Below are positions 63,730-64,000 of a stretch of DNA of 64,000 nt, piece after piece; the first letter of the stretch is position 1; every line of letters begins with the position of its first letter. Source of the DNA: Patescibacteria group bacterium (GTDB lineage Bacteria; Patescibacteriota; JAHJAL01); NCBI GenBank assembly GCA_049322675.1, contig JBMORM010000014.1:15896-79895 (forward strand), read 5' to 3'. Under the pieces are notes generated by a model. It made no database searches, was not told the DNA's origin, and was given only the letters and a program-made list of their open reading frames with translations. Made by a program: the position numbers and the translations under genes.

Positions 63730-64000
63730 GAAGCTCAACAGCCGGCTTTTAATTTCCAATTTCGGCTTAAGTTAATAAATTATGTGGTTAAATATCCTGT
63801 AAACTGTTAATCTGAAAGTGTTTTAGTCTGATATTTTAACTAAGATGATTAAAAAGATGTCCTAAGTGTTTGCAAACTACAGTTAGAAAAGATGGTCAGA
63901 AGATATTTAACTACCAAATCTAAATCACTAGCTAAAAAAGAACTATATGAATTATCCAAAGGGATTAGAGAATTTAATCAAGAATCTTTCAAACAGGAAT

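Noticed and set aside
63845-64000. Possible transposase zinc-ribbon remnant (RCPKCLQTTVRKDG) or partial CDS from 63892
   Set aside because: Bounded by stops and truncated by the window edge; too little sequence to call

Overview
AT-rich bacterial chromosomal segment with Patescibacteria/CPR hallmarks (no rpmD/L30, mostly SD-less starts, CPR-type Cys-rich and WxL proteins). Bases ~3.5-37.6 kb hold rpoB-rpoC, a VanW gene and the str/S10/spc/alpha ribosomal superoperon through rplM-rpsI. The secY-map interval is interrupted by a complete IS110 element inserted into a GTAG REP, with a readable bridge RNA, followed by a Cys-rich protein and an archaeal-type adenylate kinase. The rest is accessory: glycosyltransferases, a GGPP-synthase-like enzyme, uvrB, a TrpRS-OB-fold fusion, orphan genes and the start of a sugar-nucleotide cluster (GAE, rmlD, rmlC). 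The most striking unexplained structure is (i) families of 7/8-mer tandem-repeat hairpins at gene junctions, one of which encloses a four-helix-bundle gene and others of which host nested mini-elements, and (ii) an HTH/coiled-coil/TM gene packed with CGGACA DNA repeats. All calls come from reading the sequence by eye; no database searches were run.
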